A stretch of 64,000 nt of DNA from Marsupella aquatica (lineage: Eukaryota; Plantae; Marchantiophyta), in contig OZ316898.1 in NCBI GenBank assembly GCA_973895155.1, positions 15,716,330 through 15,780,329 of the forward strand, written 5' to 3'. Each line of letters opens with the position of its first letter. Position 1 is the stretch's first letter. Below, piece by piece: positions 49,289-61,000 of the stretch. The translations under genes were made by a program, and so were the position numbers. The notes below the pieces were generated by a model. That model was not told the origin of the DNA. It saw nothing but the letters and a program-made list of their open reading frames with translations, and ran no database searches.

Positions 49289-52282
49289 ATGACTGACCTT
49301 ACGCCGAGGGAAGAAAGAGTGATTCAACGGGAGAGAGCTCGACTGCAGCAGCTCGCCGGGTGGCATGATACACAGCGATTGAGAGGGGCAGAAAGAGCTG
49401 GTAGCTCCGAAACTGGAAGTGGCGTCGAAGAAGACATACCAGAAGAAGAGTCGGTAAGGAGAAGTGAGTCTCCAACCGACATGGGGGAACCAGAGGCACG
49501 GCCAGACGAGAGGCCAGGGACCAGATTGAGCCAGCGGTCGCGCATACATTACAAGGCATTTCATGGGAGAGGAGATGAGGATCCGGACGAATGGTTGGAT
49601 GATTTCGAGGGAACCGCTGCAGCAAATGGAGAATCGGCCATCAAGATGCAGATTCTTCCCGGCCTGTTCAAGGGTGAGGCTAGGCCTTGGTACAGAGCAT
49701 TAGATGTGGAAGATCAAGCCATCTGGGATATCTTCAAAACACTCTTTGTTAAGGAGTTTCGACCCATTGGAACTTCAGAACTAGCAGTGCTGAAGTTGGG
49801 ACAACTTCGGTTCAAGGAGAACAAATCCTTCAGGAAGTTCTTGCAACGCTTTCAGAAACTGGTAAGACGTACAAAGACCAATGCATCTGAAGGTATGCAA
49901 CTTCAATGGTTAGTGAATGCTTTGCCACAGAAGATGAGTTTTGCAATTAGGAAGGAGAACCCGGAGACTTTAGCCGAAGCAATTAAGGATATTCAATTAT
50001 ACATTAATGCAGATATCACAAGCCGGAAGAAACAGCTTAAGTCTGAGAGTTCCTCATCAGAGGAGGGATCACCCCATAAGAAAAAAGATAAGAAGAAGAA
50101 ACATTCCAAGAAGTCTAGAAGTGATAAGTCAAGCTCGGATAGTGGGAGTAGCAAGAGTGAGTCATCTTCTAGTTCTGAAGAAGAAAAAACTAGGAAAAGG
50201 AAGGGCAGAAGGAGAGGGAAGACGAAAGTCAAGATGGAGGCTAAGCCACCAGATAACATCGTAGCCCTTACCGAGCAACTTAAGGCTATCATTGCAGAGG
50301 TAAAACCAAAGAAGAAGGTAGTACAGGAGGATAGCTCTGTATGGTGTGCCTTATGTTATAAAACCGGACACCATAAAGATGCGTGTCCTAAGCTTAATAC
50401 TAATCATGTTCGGCATGTGGCCGAGATCAGACCATGTCAGGGAGAAGTAGAGTACTTTTTGGGAGATGCCGTTGATAGTGTTTTCGGCATCAGTGAGACT
50501 GGAGCACGAGACCTATCCAACAGACCTGCATCTCTATGGTCAGGGTTAAGGAACAATCCAGGAGAGATGTATCCTCGGATTATTCAGAACCCGTCAGTAC
50601 CTCCTAGGCCGAATGTGCAAAGATTTGCGGCGTGCTATAATTGTGGTCAACCTGGCCATTTTGCTAGAGAATGCCCGAATGCACGCAAACAGGGTGATGG
50701 ACAACCAGCTCAGCTATGTATGGGATGCCGACAGGAAGGTCATATGCTAGGGCAATGTCCTACTTGGTTGGCAGGCCTGGCCGCAAATCATAAGCTTTTG
50801 CCGATCAAGATCTTACCGCCAGGTACTACCCCCGGAGGAGTTCAAATCAACCACATCGAACTAGGATGGCAAGAGGATGCCGAGGCAGAGTTCGTACCAT
50901 CTGATGATGAGGCCGAAGCCCTATCAACCTTCTCAGAGGAGGATTTAGATCATGATTGCTACCGGGTCTCTACTCGATCTACCAGAAGGAAGGAAAGGTG
51001 GGATGGGCTGGCCAAAAATAAAGGGAAGGTTACGGAGGAAAGGATCGACTCTTCGTCAACATCAACAGAAGGAGAAGGGAGGGCTCCGGCAATACAGGTA
51101 AGCCATGAGCCCACCAGTGAAACCAATCCTTCACAAGATAGCGACTTCAATCGAGATCATCCTAAGTTGTTCTACCCCTCTGTTACGGCTAGTGTTAAGG
51201 AACAACTAAGAGAATTAGAAACCCTGGAGAATACCGAAGCCATTGCCAAGGATGTAAAACGAGCAAAAGCATTGTTTGCTTCGGAAGACCCAACAGCTGT
51301 GGAGACTAGCGTGGCAAAACTGGCCGAATCCAAGACGGAAACACCACCAGAAGAGAAGCCGATTGTTCCCTATGACCTGGCTAAAGATGTACTAGAATCT
51401 AGAGTCTCGGCAACAGTAGGTCAACTATTGAAAAATAGCCCGTACTTCCGGAAGCAATTAAGGAAGGCTATTCTCGGCAAGCCGAGATTACCCAAGGTAG
51501 CAACCAGATCCGACGTACTAATGATAGAAGAAGATCAAGGAGCCCCAGCATTACCATTAATGATTCAAGGAGAATTATTACTACGGGTACCCATCGATGG
51601 AGGATCAGGGGTATGTATTATGATTGATTCAACAGCAAAAGGGTGGGGTCTAACACCGGAGATGACTGGAAGAGTGTTGAACATGGCCAATGGATATCAG
51701 GTCATTCCGACGGGAGTGTTAACCGGCATCAAGACAGAGATAGGAGGTATCTTCTTTAGCATTAACTATGTAGTAATGAAGCCGGTAAATCCTACGTCAT
51801 TCTGGCTATTGATTGGTAGGCCATGGCTGTACCTAGCCAAGGTAATAGAAGATTGGGGTAAAAAGCAGTTCACTTTCGGGACCCCCTCTATCACGGTATC
51901 CTGGGACACTAAGGATGACCGTAGGAAAAGCATAAGGGAAGTAGATGGGTACGATAGTGGACTGGAGTCAGCCGATGAAGTACGTTGGTTATAATGCCTC
52001 ACTAACCTAACCGAAGAAGGTGTCTTTGGACCAGAGGTACCCCCCAGCGGATTATGGCAAGAACCAATGGAAGGTGACTTGGAAGAAGAAGACGAAGAGG
52101 TCGAGGACTGCTTTACAATAGAATCCACCTTTTTAGCTGCAATTCCGGAGGAAGTTAAGGATGTAGACCAATTGGATGAAACGGCTAAGTGGGGAGCAGT
52201 AGCAGGGACAGTGGATTTTCTGCAGGCGTTGTGGCAGAGCCGACGGGGTCCACAACGCCATCGATCATCGGCAAGGAATTAA
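49289..52282 (+). pseudogene. gag: gag-protease of A2 with one premature stop
   Basis: Same protein as 3277-6267; GAA>TAA at 51992-51994. Confidence 0.9.
52213..52272 (+). promoter_or_regulatory. Candidate -1 ribosomal frameshift signal, copy A2
   Basis: G_GAT_TTT 52213-52219; 10-bp stem 52225-52234/52250-52259; loop GCCGA complementary to TCGGC at 52268-52272. Confidence 0.75.
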
Positions 52283-55200
52283 ATACCAAGGGATCGGCAT
52301 ACAAGCCGATTACGAGGGCAGAACAAATTGAGGCCCTATTAGAAGCCGAGAGAGCACATCGGCCTAACTCTCAGGAGCAAGAGGTGGATGAGATGGACAG
52401 ACACGATCTAGAGTCAAGGCAGGAAGGGGAGCCGACCACTAATTCAAAACCGAATAGACCGGTAAGGGGACAATCTATGGACACCAAGGAAGGGACCGAC
52501 TCGGCTAGTCCAGCCGAGATCCCAGTTTATGGAGGTATGAGATTAGAGAGACTGGAAGCCGAACTGGACCCGAATTTGAAGAAGCAGATTAATATGATCC
52601 AAGCACGGCAATATCGGAAGCTCGACTTAGGAGAGGGAAGAGAACTGAACTTAGGGAGAAACCTAGCACCTGAGCTCGAGAAAGAGATCAATGACTTATT
52701 GATTGAATTTCAGGATGTGTTTGCATGGAGTCACCAAGATCTAAAGGGAGTAGATCCAACACTAGGGGAACATCGAATTGATCTCATGTTAGGAGCCAAA
52801 TCATTTCGACAACCAATTCGAAGGATGAACCCGAAGTATTCCCTGCTGGTCAAAACAGAAATCGACAAACTAGTGGAAGCTGGATTCATCACTCCAGTCC
52901 TGCATTCAGACTGGGTGTCTCCAATTGTGATAGTTCCCAAGAAAGCTGGACCCGATGGTAAACCGAAGATCCGGGTTTGTCAGGATTACAGGAAGCTGAA
53001 TGAAGCAACATTAAAAGACCATTTTCCTTTACCGTTTACTGATATGGTACTAGACATGGTAGCCAGTCATGAACTATATTCATTCATGGATGGATACTCT
53101 GGTTATAACCAAATCAGGATTCGGCAGGAAGACCAAATCAAGACGGCCTTCATCACGGAATGGGGGATCTATGTCTTCAATCGTATGCCGTTTGGACTCT
53201 GCAACGCACCAGCTATGTTCCAACGATTAATGGTGAACATTTTTCATGATTACTTGAGAAAGTTCATGGAAATCTTCATTGATGACTTTGCAGTATTCGG
53301 GAAGGCATCGAAACATGCTAAATACCTCAGGAAAACCTTCATGAGATGTAGAGAGGTGGGTCTCAAGTTACACCCAGATAAATGTTTTTTTGCAGTAACC
53401 GAGGGGGTGCTACTAGGTCACAAGGTATCAAGGAAGGGCATTGAGATTGACAAAGGTAAGCTAGCAGTATGGCTAGATATCATGCAACCTAAGAACATAA
53501 AGGATGTAAGATCCTTCTTGGGATGCATTGGTTATTATCGCCGGTTCATCAAGGATTTTGCCAAGCTAGCTTTACCATTAACCAACATGCTCAAGGCAGG
53601 AGCAGACTTCGAACCCACACCCGAACGAGTCATAGCGGTGGTAGAATTGAAGCAGATGTTAGTAGAGGCCCCAGTCATGATAGCACCGGACTGGAACAAA
53701 GATTTTCATGTTTTTGTAGATATCTCGGGCTTCTGTATTGGCTCAGTACTAAGTCAGTTGGATGAGAAAGGAAGGGACCATCCCATATACTTCGCAAGCC
53801 GTCAGCTTGCCGATGCCGAACGGAACTACTCTACCACGGAAAGAGAAGCATTAGGAGTCATTTATTCTTGTAAAAAGTTTAGGCATTATTTACTAGGGTA
53901 CAAGGTAATCTTTCATACTGATCATGAAAGTTTGAAGTACCTAGTCAATAAGCCGGACCTTACAGGCAGAGTAGCAAGATGGATTTTGCTATTACAGGAG
54001 TTTGACTATGAGCTGAGGATCAAGCCGGGAAAGTTACATGCCAATGCCGACTTCTTTTCAAGGATCACAGGTAAACCTGCCACGGATTGCATCGATGATC
54101 GATTCCCCGACGAGGAGCTATTCGTTGTGGAAATAGCTGGTACATGGTACCCTGAGATTTTACAATTTCTCAGCACTTCCAGATTACAGCCAGGATTAAG
54201 CCGAGAGCAAGCCGCAGTCTTTGTGCGGAAGGTCAGATAGTATCAGTGCATTAAAGGCATACTGCACAAGCATGGAATCAACAGCACGATTCAAAGGTGT
54301 TTGGAAAAGAGAGAGGTAAAACGAGTCCTACGGGCCATGCATGGAGAGGAGGCCGGAGGACATTTTGCCCCAGTAACCACGTCTAAGAAGATATTAAATG
54401 CCGGTTACTGGTGGCCCACCTTGCACAAAGATGTCTATCAGTTTATCAAACAATGCGATCCTTGTCAATGAGCGGGAGGACCAAGGGCGTCCACCAGGCA
54501 TCCACTGCACCCTATTCTACCTCTGGCACCATTCGAGAAGTGGGGTATTGATTACATTGGACCTCTGAAACCACTGACCCACCCTCGACGGAACAAGTAC
54601 ATAATCCTGGCTACGGATTATGCAACTAAATGGGTAGAGGCCAGACCAACAACGAAGGATGATGCAATTACTACGGCTAGATTCATGTATGAGCAGATCT
54701 TCACCAGGTATGGAGCACCCCTAGAATTAGTTAGTGATAGAGGAACCCATTTTTTGAATGATATAATTAGTCGTTTAAATGAGCAGTATTTAGTTAAACA
54801 TAGGCCTACTACTCCCTACCATCCAAAGGCAAACGGGTTGACAGAACGAGCAAACGGAATCATAGGAAAGATATTGAACAAGACAGTAGCTCAGAACAAA
54901 CTCGATTGGGATGATAAATTGTTTGCTGTTGTTTTTGCTTACAATCTTGCCTATAAATCCACTACCGGTCATACACCCTTCTTCTTAACCTTTGGACAAG
55001 AAGCCCTGGTACCCACGCAACTTGAGATACCGACATTTCAAGTTACAATTGAGGAAAGAGCCTCAGCGGAGGAGAGCCTAAAGGAGCGAGAATATAGGTT
55101 AGAAGCTTTAGAGGAAGCGAGAATGATTTCAGCCGAGAGAGTAGAATATAGACAGAATATCATGAAGCAGCAGTATGATAAAAGGTTAAAAGTAGTTAGT

Positions 55201-55430
55201 ATTCATACCCGTGATCTTGTGCTACTTTATGACAGTAGGTATAGTAGGTTTCCAGGAAAGCTTTACACTCGTTGGTTAGGACCCTTTAGAGTAACCATGA
55301 TGTTCCCCAATGGCTCCGTGCAATTGGCCAACATTACGGGAGAGGTATATCCAGTTCGCATCCATTATGACCGCCTCAAGAAATACTATATGGACGAAGA
55401 TGACGTTGTTCGCGAGGACGCTTCACAATT

Positions 55431-55440
55431 AAGTGGGGAG
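55431..55440 (+). promoter_or_regulatory. Polypurine tract
   Basis: AAGTGGGGAG 3 nt before the 3' LTR, inside integrase coding sequence. Confidence 0.75.
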
Positions 55441-55443
55441 CTA

Positions 55444-58400
55444 TGTGATGCCTAGACAGGAATCACTCGGCCGGTTAAGTGGGTAAAGCAGGAAGGCACC
55501 CTAGGAACACCTTAGTATAGTGACAAAACAAGGAAAATATAAACAATTAGGGGCAACCATGGAACCCGGGCAGAGGCCGGAGGTAAGGCTGAGGGTGAAA
55601 ACCCGATTAGGGTTAGGGCGCGTTAAGCGTCGGCGGCTAGGAAGGATCAACGGGAAGAAGGACCGGCAGAGGAGAGGGGTAAGGAGCGCTTGCAGGAGAT
55701 GGTGGCTCATTTGCAAGCACGAACTAGGCAGACGACTACGGGAGGCCAACTACTGTCAGCTGCTTAGGCAAGCACTCGGGGAGAGAGTAGATACCGACGA
55801 TCGACCTAAGGAGGGTATGAGCAACGTCAATCAAGCGGTACATTTCTGGGGATGCCTGTTCGAACGGGCAACTGAGTACATCAAGACTTACGAGGACGAG
55901 GAGTCAGAAAGGGCAGCTCGAGAACGGTAGGAGCTCGCTCGATTGTGGGAGCTGCAGAAGACGGCTTTCTTAGGAGGCGAACTCATCAAGGACGAGTTCC
56001 TGTGGACGCCTACTTCCAATCAACTTGACGATCTTCTGTTTTGCAAAGACAGCGTCGTCGGCATCCGAGAGGCCATCAAGAACTGCAATGACATACACTG
56101 GGAATTAAAGGGTAGCACGGAAAGGTGGACCCAGGCAACGGTGCTAGGAGAAACCTCCACGGCAGCAGAGATGAAGAGGAAGGGAGCCGTCAACGATGAA
56201 GCCACCCCGGCAAAAAGAACGAGGTCGGCGGCACCAAAGAAGCCAGCCGAGCAGCAGAGCAGGAGGCAGGGAGAAGCCGAAGAGGAGGAGGTCGATCCCA
56301 TCAAGGCCATTCCAACCAGGGATGACACCTGGAAGGGCTGGGCGGCAACCCTACCGGTGGAGGTACAACTACATTTTGCACGGGAGGAGGATGCATGCTT
56401 TACGGCCATGCAGACCAAGAAGTACCAAGGCTTCATGGCCGGATCCGGCTTGGAGGCCTTTGTAAGATTACCATGGCTAAAGCCGGAGGTACCGGAGTCA
56501 GACCTATTAGAATTCGTGGGGTCATGGGAACCCGAGACCAATTGCACGAGGATATATGGGAAGGATTTCTATCTTACTCCCAAGGTGATTGCCGAAGTGT
56601 TTGGCTTGCCGATGGGCAATAAGACCAAAGTTGATACCAGGAAGACCTTGCCTGACAAGGAGTTCCGGTCGTTCCCTGGGCCATCAACGAAGAATGGCTT
56701 CTTCCGGAACACCTGCACCAACCCGCACATAGGAGAGATGATCGACTTCTTGCGGGTGACCATGCATTGTAACTTGCCGAGGGCAGAGATCGGCAAGGCA
56801 CAGGTCTATCTAGCAGAAAGGCCAGACCCAAGCCGGGACTACAACGGGTACCTCCTCAACCAATTGAAGAAGATCTTAAAGGAGGAGCAGCAGGTAATCG
56901 GCATGGGGAGCGTGTCGCGGCTTGGCTATCACATGCCGCTGTTGTGCCGGTATGCCAGAGGTCAGACTTTTGCCCCGGTACTTCCCCTGCAGGAAAGGGC
57001 ACCCGAGGAAGCTCCAACGCCGAGCCCGTTGGCTGAGAAGCCTCAACCACCTGTTAGTCCTACGATCGAGCAGGTGTTTAGGCCCAGGAAGGAAGACTTG
57101 CCGATGCAGCAACCAGGCATGCAGAGTCTGCTGAAACTACTGGAGAAAGAAAAGAAATCGGCATCGGCAACAACAACGGCAACGGCAACAATGCAGGACA
57201 CTACTACAGAGGTAGGCCTACACCGGCTCACAAGAGAAAACCCCTTTGCTGGAGACAAGGAGAGAATCAGGCCGGAATCCAAGCCAGGTGTTCGAATGTA
57301 CGTGGGAACCTCAAGCTCCGAATCTGAGGCAGAATTGCCTGAAGCTCCTACCGACGAAGAGGAGAGGGAGAAGCCGGACGTCCAAGAGGTAGAGGAGGCA
57401 GTGGAGGACTGCAGCCATGATAATTCCGGCTATGGGTCAGACCATCACGTTCCAGGAGTAAGGACCTGTGGCCGGTTTGTCCCCACACTTCCAAGGGTAG
57501 TGCGAGGGGACCCCAACCAGCAGAGTAGCCCTGAGTCTCCCCCACCAGATGTTGCTCCCCCGAGCTTCGACGGCATAAAACAGACGGTGCAGGAATTTCA
57601 GGAGCGAATCAAGCAGGAGGAAGAGGCCGCCCTGGCTAAGGAAAAGGATTTACCAGGAGGAGATTGGCCGGAGGACATCAGGCGGCTAGCCGAAAAAGGA
57701 AGCAAACCTCTAGCCACGATTGAAGAGATCCGCAGGACGGCTTGGGAGCAGAGGCCATGATGGGCGATGCCGATCACTTCTACTTACTCCACCTACGCTA
57801 AGAATAGAGCCATGGAGTATGGTGAGATGTGTGGGGAACTTGCGCTCGGCATCTTTGGAGAGGAGTTGGAGGTAGGACCCTTTTTCCATAGGGAGCAGTT
57901 GGAGAAGCACCAATTAGAAGAAGCGGTGGCGTTAGAGAGAAGCAAGAAGGACGAGGTCATTCGGCGGCTTAGGAGGATGGAAGCCGAGATTGAAGATCTA
58001 AGGGCGGCCAAGAAAGCCCAAGATGAACTGCGGATTAAACGACATGAGCTGAACATCATGCAGGGGTAGTTGGACGCCGCGCAGGCTGATAATCAGAATA
58101 TCAAGGATAAACTAACTCAGACGCAGGGAGAGTTGGCCGACACGATCAAAGAGAGGGAGAAGTGGAAGCAAGAGCTGAAGAATACAGAGGAGGCCCACAT
58201 AACAGCCAACAGCCGGGCCATGGCGGAGACCCAAAGAAAGGAATGGGCGTTGAAAGGGGAGCTCAAGAAAATCCGTGGAGCCCTTGAGCAGAAGGAGGTC
58301 GAGTTAGGGAAATCCTATCAAGGGATTATGGCGCTGCAGCAGGAGCTTGCGTCCCTGACGGCCAGCTTCAAGGCCGACCTAAGGGAGAAGGACGAGATGC

Positions 58401-60065
58401 TCGAACAGACTTACGCCAAGATGAACCAGATGGAGTCTGTCATCATTGCAGAGCTCGACAAGGAGCTAAGAGCAACCCAGGAGGAGAGGGCTACCTTGAA
58501 GAAGGAATTGGAGGAAGCCCACAGGGAGCAGGAGGAGGCCAAAAACGAGCTGGAGGGGGCACGTAAGGACCTGGATGAAACCCAAGAGGAGTTGGAAGAA
58601 ATCACGAGGAAGATGGAGAACCTACAGCGGCGGGCCGACAACCAAACAGAGCGGCTGAAGAAACAAGCCGCAGTATTTAAATGCTTAGCTGCAGCAGGTC
58701 CATCTCCCGTTGGGACAAACCAGTTACCAGGGGTGGTAATTGCCGAAGGACAAGCCGCGCCACCTGCACCAGTGCCGGAAGTAAGTGGGAAGGGGAAGGG
58801 ACCAGCTGCCGAGCCACCAACGAAAAAGAAGCGGAAACCTTCAGGGTCAAGGAGTAATACGACTTCACAGGCCGTGGTGATCAAGGAGGTAGACCCAGCA
58901 CCGACCCCAGACAGGGTCACGGCTAAGGATCCAACTACCCTAGGGGAAGGGGAGGCCGAAGCCGTGGGAGTGGCTGAGGCCAAAGCCGTGGGTATTGCCG
59001 AGGCCGGTGTCGAGGCTGAAGCCGAAGGTGGACCCAGTCAGGCCGATGGAGAGTTGACTCGGTCAAGGGCAGGTAATCTGTCAGTAGGCGGGCCAACGGC
59101 AGTGGCTGAGGAGGAAGTGTTGGGGGCGTCCATTGAGGATCCACCACCGGTGTCGTGACGGTGCAAGGGCGCCGTTCCTTTTAGGGAGGGCGGACGTGGA
59201 GGGAGGAGGCGTGAGTGGGCAGGGCGGGCGCGGATCTCCACGTTTAGGATTAGGATTAGAACCAGGAGCGGCCCTGACACTTAGCTTAGTGGGATTGCGG
59301 TCCCACTGGTAGGAGCAACACTTGTGCTCCTGCCTTGCTGTACATAAGTAGATTACTGTTAAGTAGATTAGGCTTACGATGCAAAGAATGGCGGATCCAC
59401 TACCAGGATAAGTACCTGGGCAGCGGGGAGCTCAGGGCCTCTTCTTTAGCAAGTTTTTAGTTTGCACCAGCCGGGCTGGGATCAAGTAGTACGAGAAGCT
59501 CTCGGTTAGTCATACAGTGACCCTTGTGTATATTCATGTTTCCTCATGCCTAAGAGCTGAATAGAGTTGGCCTCACGGCTTAGTTCGCAGAACTTGTGTA
59601 TGAGATGTACTGTTTGTATGGCAAGTGCATGGTATGACTCAGTCAGAATGAGTCATTTTGCTATTTGTGTGTCGCATTAACTTGTGTGAAGAGTGCCCAC
59701 ATCAACAGAAGGAAGGAAAGTAAGCAGGGGAGTGAGAGTTGGATGTGTCGAGCTGAGAGAGGTCTTAGCGGCTTAACCAAGCCTATTGGGGATCATTCCG
59801 GCGGCGGAATCCAAACATACCTAACAAGACGGAGGGGAAGACAGGGGAAGACAGGGGAAGGCCTATATTAGGCCGGCTACGTATCTCATGACCCGATGAA
59901 GGATCTGTCCAGTATATGTGTGTAAAATGTTAATAGTAGTAGTAGAAGGTTAGCAGCGTCCCATGCCGCTAAGCCGCGGAAACGGCCTCGCCAAGCACGA
60001 AACCTGCGGGAATCGGCTTGAGCTGGGGGGTTTCTTGGGTTTAGGGAGCCATGGGACGCACCACA
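55444..60065 (+). repeat. 3' LTR of A2
   Basis: Direct repeat of 44598-49219, followed by TSD ATCAT. Confidence 0.96.
55817..59158 (+). pseudogene. 3'-LTR copy of the LTR-encoded ORF with three nonsense changes
   Basis: CAG>TAG at 55928, CGA>TGA at 57758 and CAG>TAG at 58067 relative to the 5' LTR. Confidence 0.92.
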
Positions 60066-60156
60066 ATCATCCCAATCATAAGGATTTCATGCCATGATAA
60101 TAAGCTTTGGTAGTGTGAAAGGTTAAGAACCAGACTTACAGGAGCTAGTAGGATGA

Positions 60157-61000
60157 GATGTCCTTGTGCAATCTGCCAAGGATCCCATACCAGGGGTCTA
60201 AATGAGGTTTGGCGGCATATCGTGGTTCATGGAAGAGACCCACAACATTGAGTTTGGAATGATCCAACAGAGGAAGATTCTTCCAAACAAGGAGTGGAGG
60301 TTAGAATTTCATGCAAGATGGGTAGAGGAGGTTTTGCTTGGTGCGTTTAACAATGTTGTAGCTGGTCTTTGTGGGATGTTAGACCTCCAACATGATGGTG
60401 CTCAGGCAACACCACGTGATGAAGGAATTCATGTGGAAGACATCATGATGGTGCGAGACATCTTCCAGGACTTGGATGCATTTTTTCACGGTAGGCTAGA
60501 CAACAAAGAGGATACAACTATAGATGCAAGTGTGCCCCCTGTCAAAGAGCCTCTTGATGAGTTTGAGATAGGGCAGGAAACCCCTAGGCACAATGGGATG
60601 CTTGGCTCTCCCCTACAAATATAGGAAGGTAGGAACTTGTCTTTGTATCTCGATAGCAAATGTTCTAAACTAGGATTTGTCATCATGTTCATAAACATTT
60701 GCGGCAACCACAATGTCCCCAATGTTTTAGTTTCTGAGTTTTTGGCATTCTTGTGAACTTGAACTGTACTACCAGATGGTAATATTTTGCCCAAGAACAT
60801 GTATGAGGCAAAAAGATGCATATCTAATCTTGGATTGAATTATGATTTCATCCATGCTTGTCCTGATGTCCAACATATTCTTTTCAGAAAGGAGTATGCA
60901 ACATTGTTGACATGCCCTAAGTGTGGGAAGCATAGGTATCACAACTCAGGAAAGTCTCTGGTTCTTGCCAAGGTATTTCATCATTTTCCACTCATTCCCA
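60157..61000 (+). pseudogene. N-terminal fragment of a CACTA transposase
   Basis: RCPCAIC (transposase-associated domain-like), then LPKNMYEAK...LGLNYDFIHAC...LFRKEY...CPKCGKHRY...FPLIP. Confidence 0.8.

Larger units (their letters stand above)
52189..55455 (+). pseudogene. pol: pol (RT-RH-IN) of A2 with two premature stops
   Basis: CAG>TAG at 54238 and CGA>TGA at 54469 relative to A1; integrase C-terminus WLGPFRV; natural stop at 55453-55455 inside the 3' LTR. Confidence 0.92.
44598..60065 (+). mobile_element. Full-length Ty3/Gypsy LTR retrotransposon family A, copy A2 (15,468 bp)
   Basis: Two 4622-bp LTRs; TSD ATCAT (44593-44597, 60066-60070); PBS, gag-pro, pol, PPT; integrase ends with a GPF motif and no chromodomain. 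Confidence 0.97.

Noticed and set aside
624-54930. One giant inverted-repeat element or inversion formed by A1/A2 and B1/B2 in mirror orientation
   Set aside because: A2, B1 and B2 each have their own TSD and unrelated flanks, so they are independent insertions; the symmetry appears coincidental.
55444-60065. Tandem duplication or assembly artefact rather than a 3' LTR
   Set aside because: PPT, PBS, TG..CA ends and the ATCAT TSD all fit LTR geometry, the copies differ by scattered transitions, and A1 shows the same boundaries.
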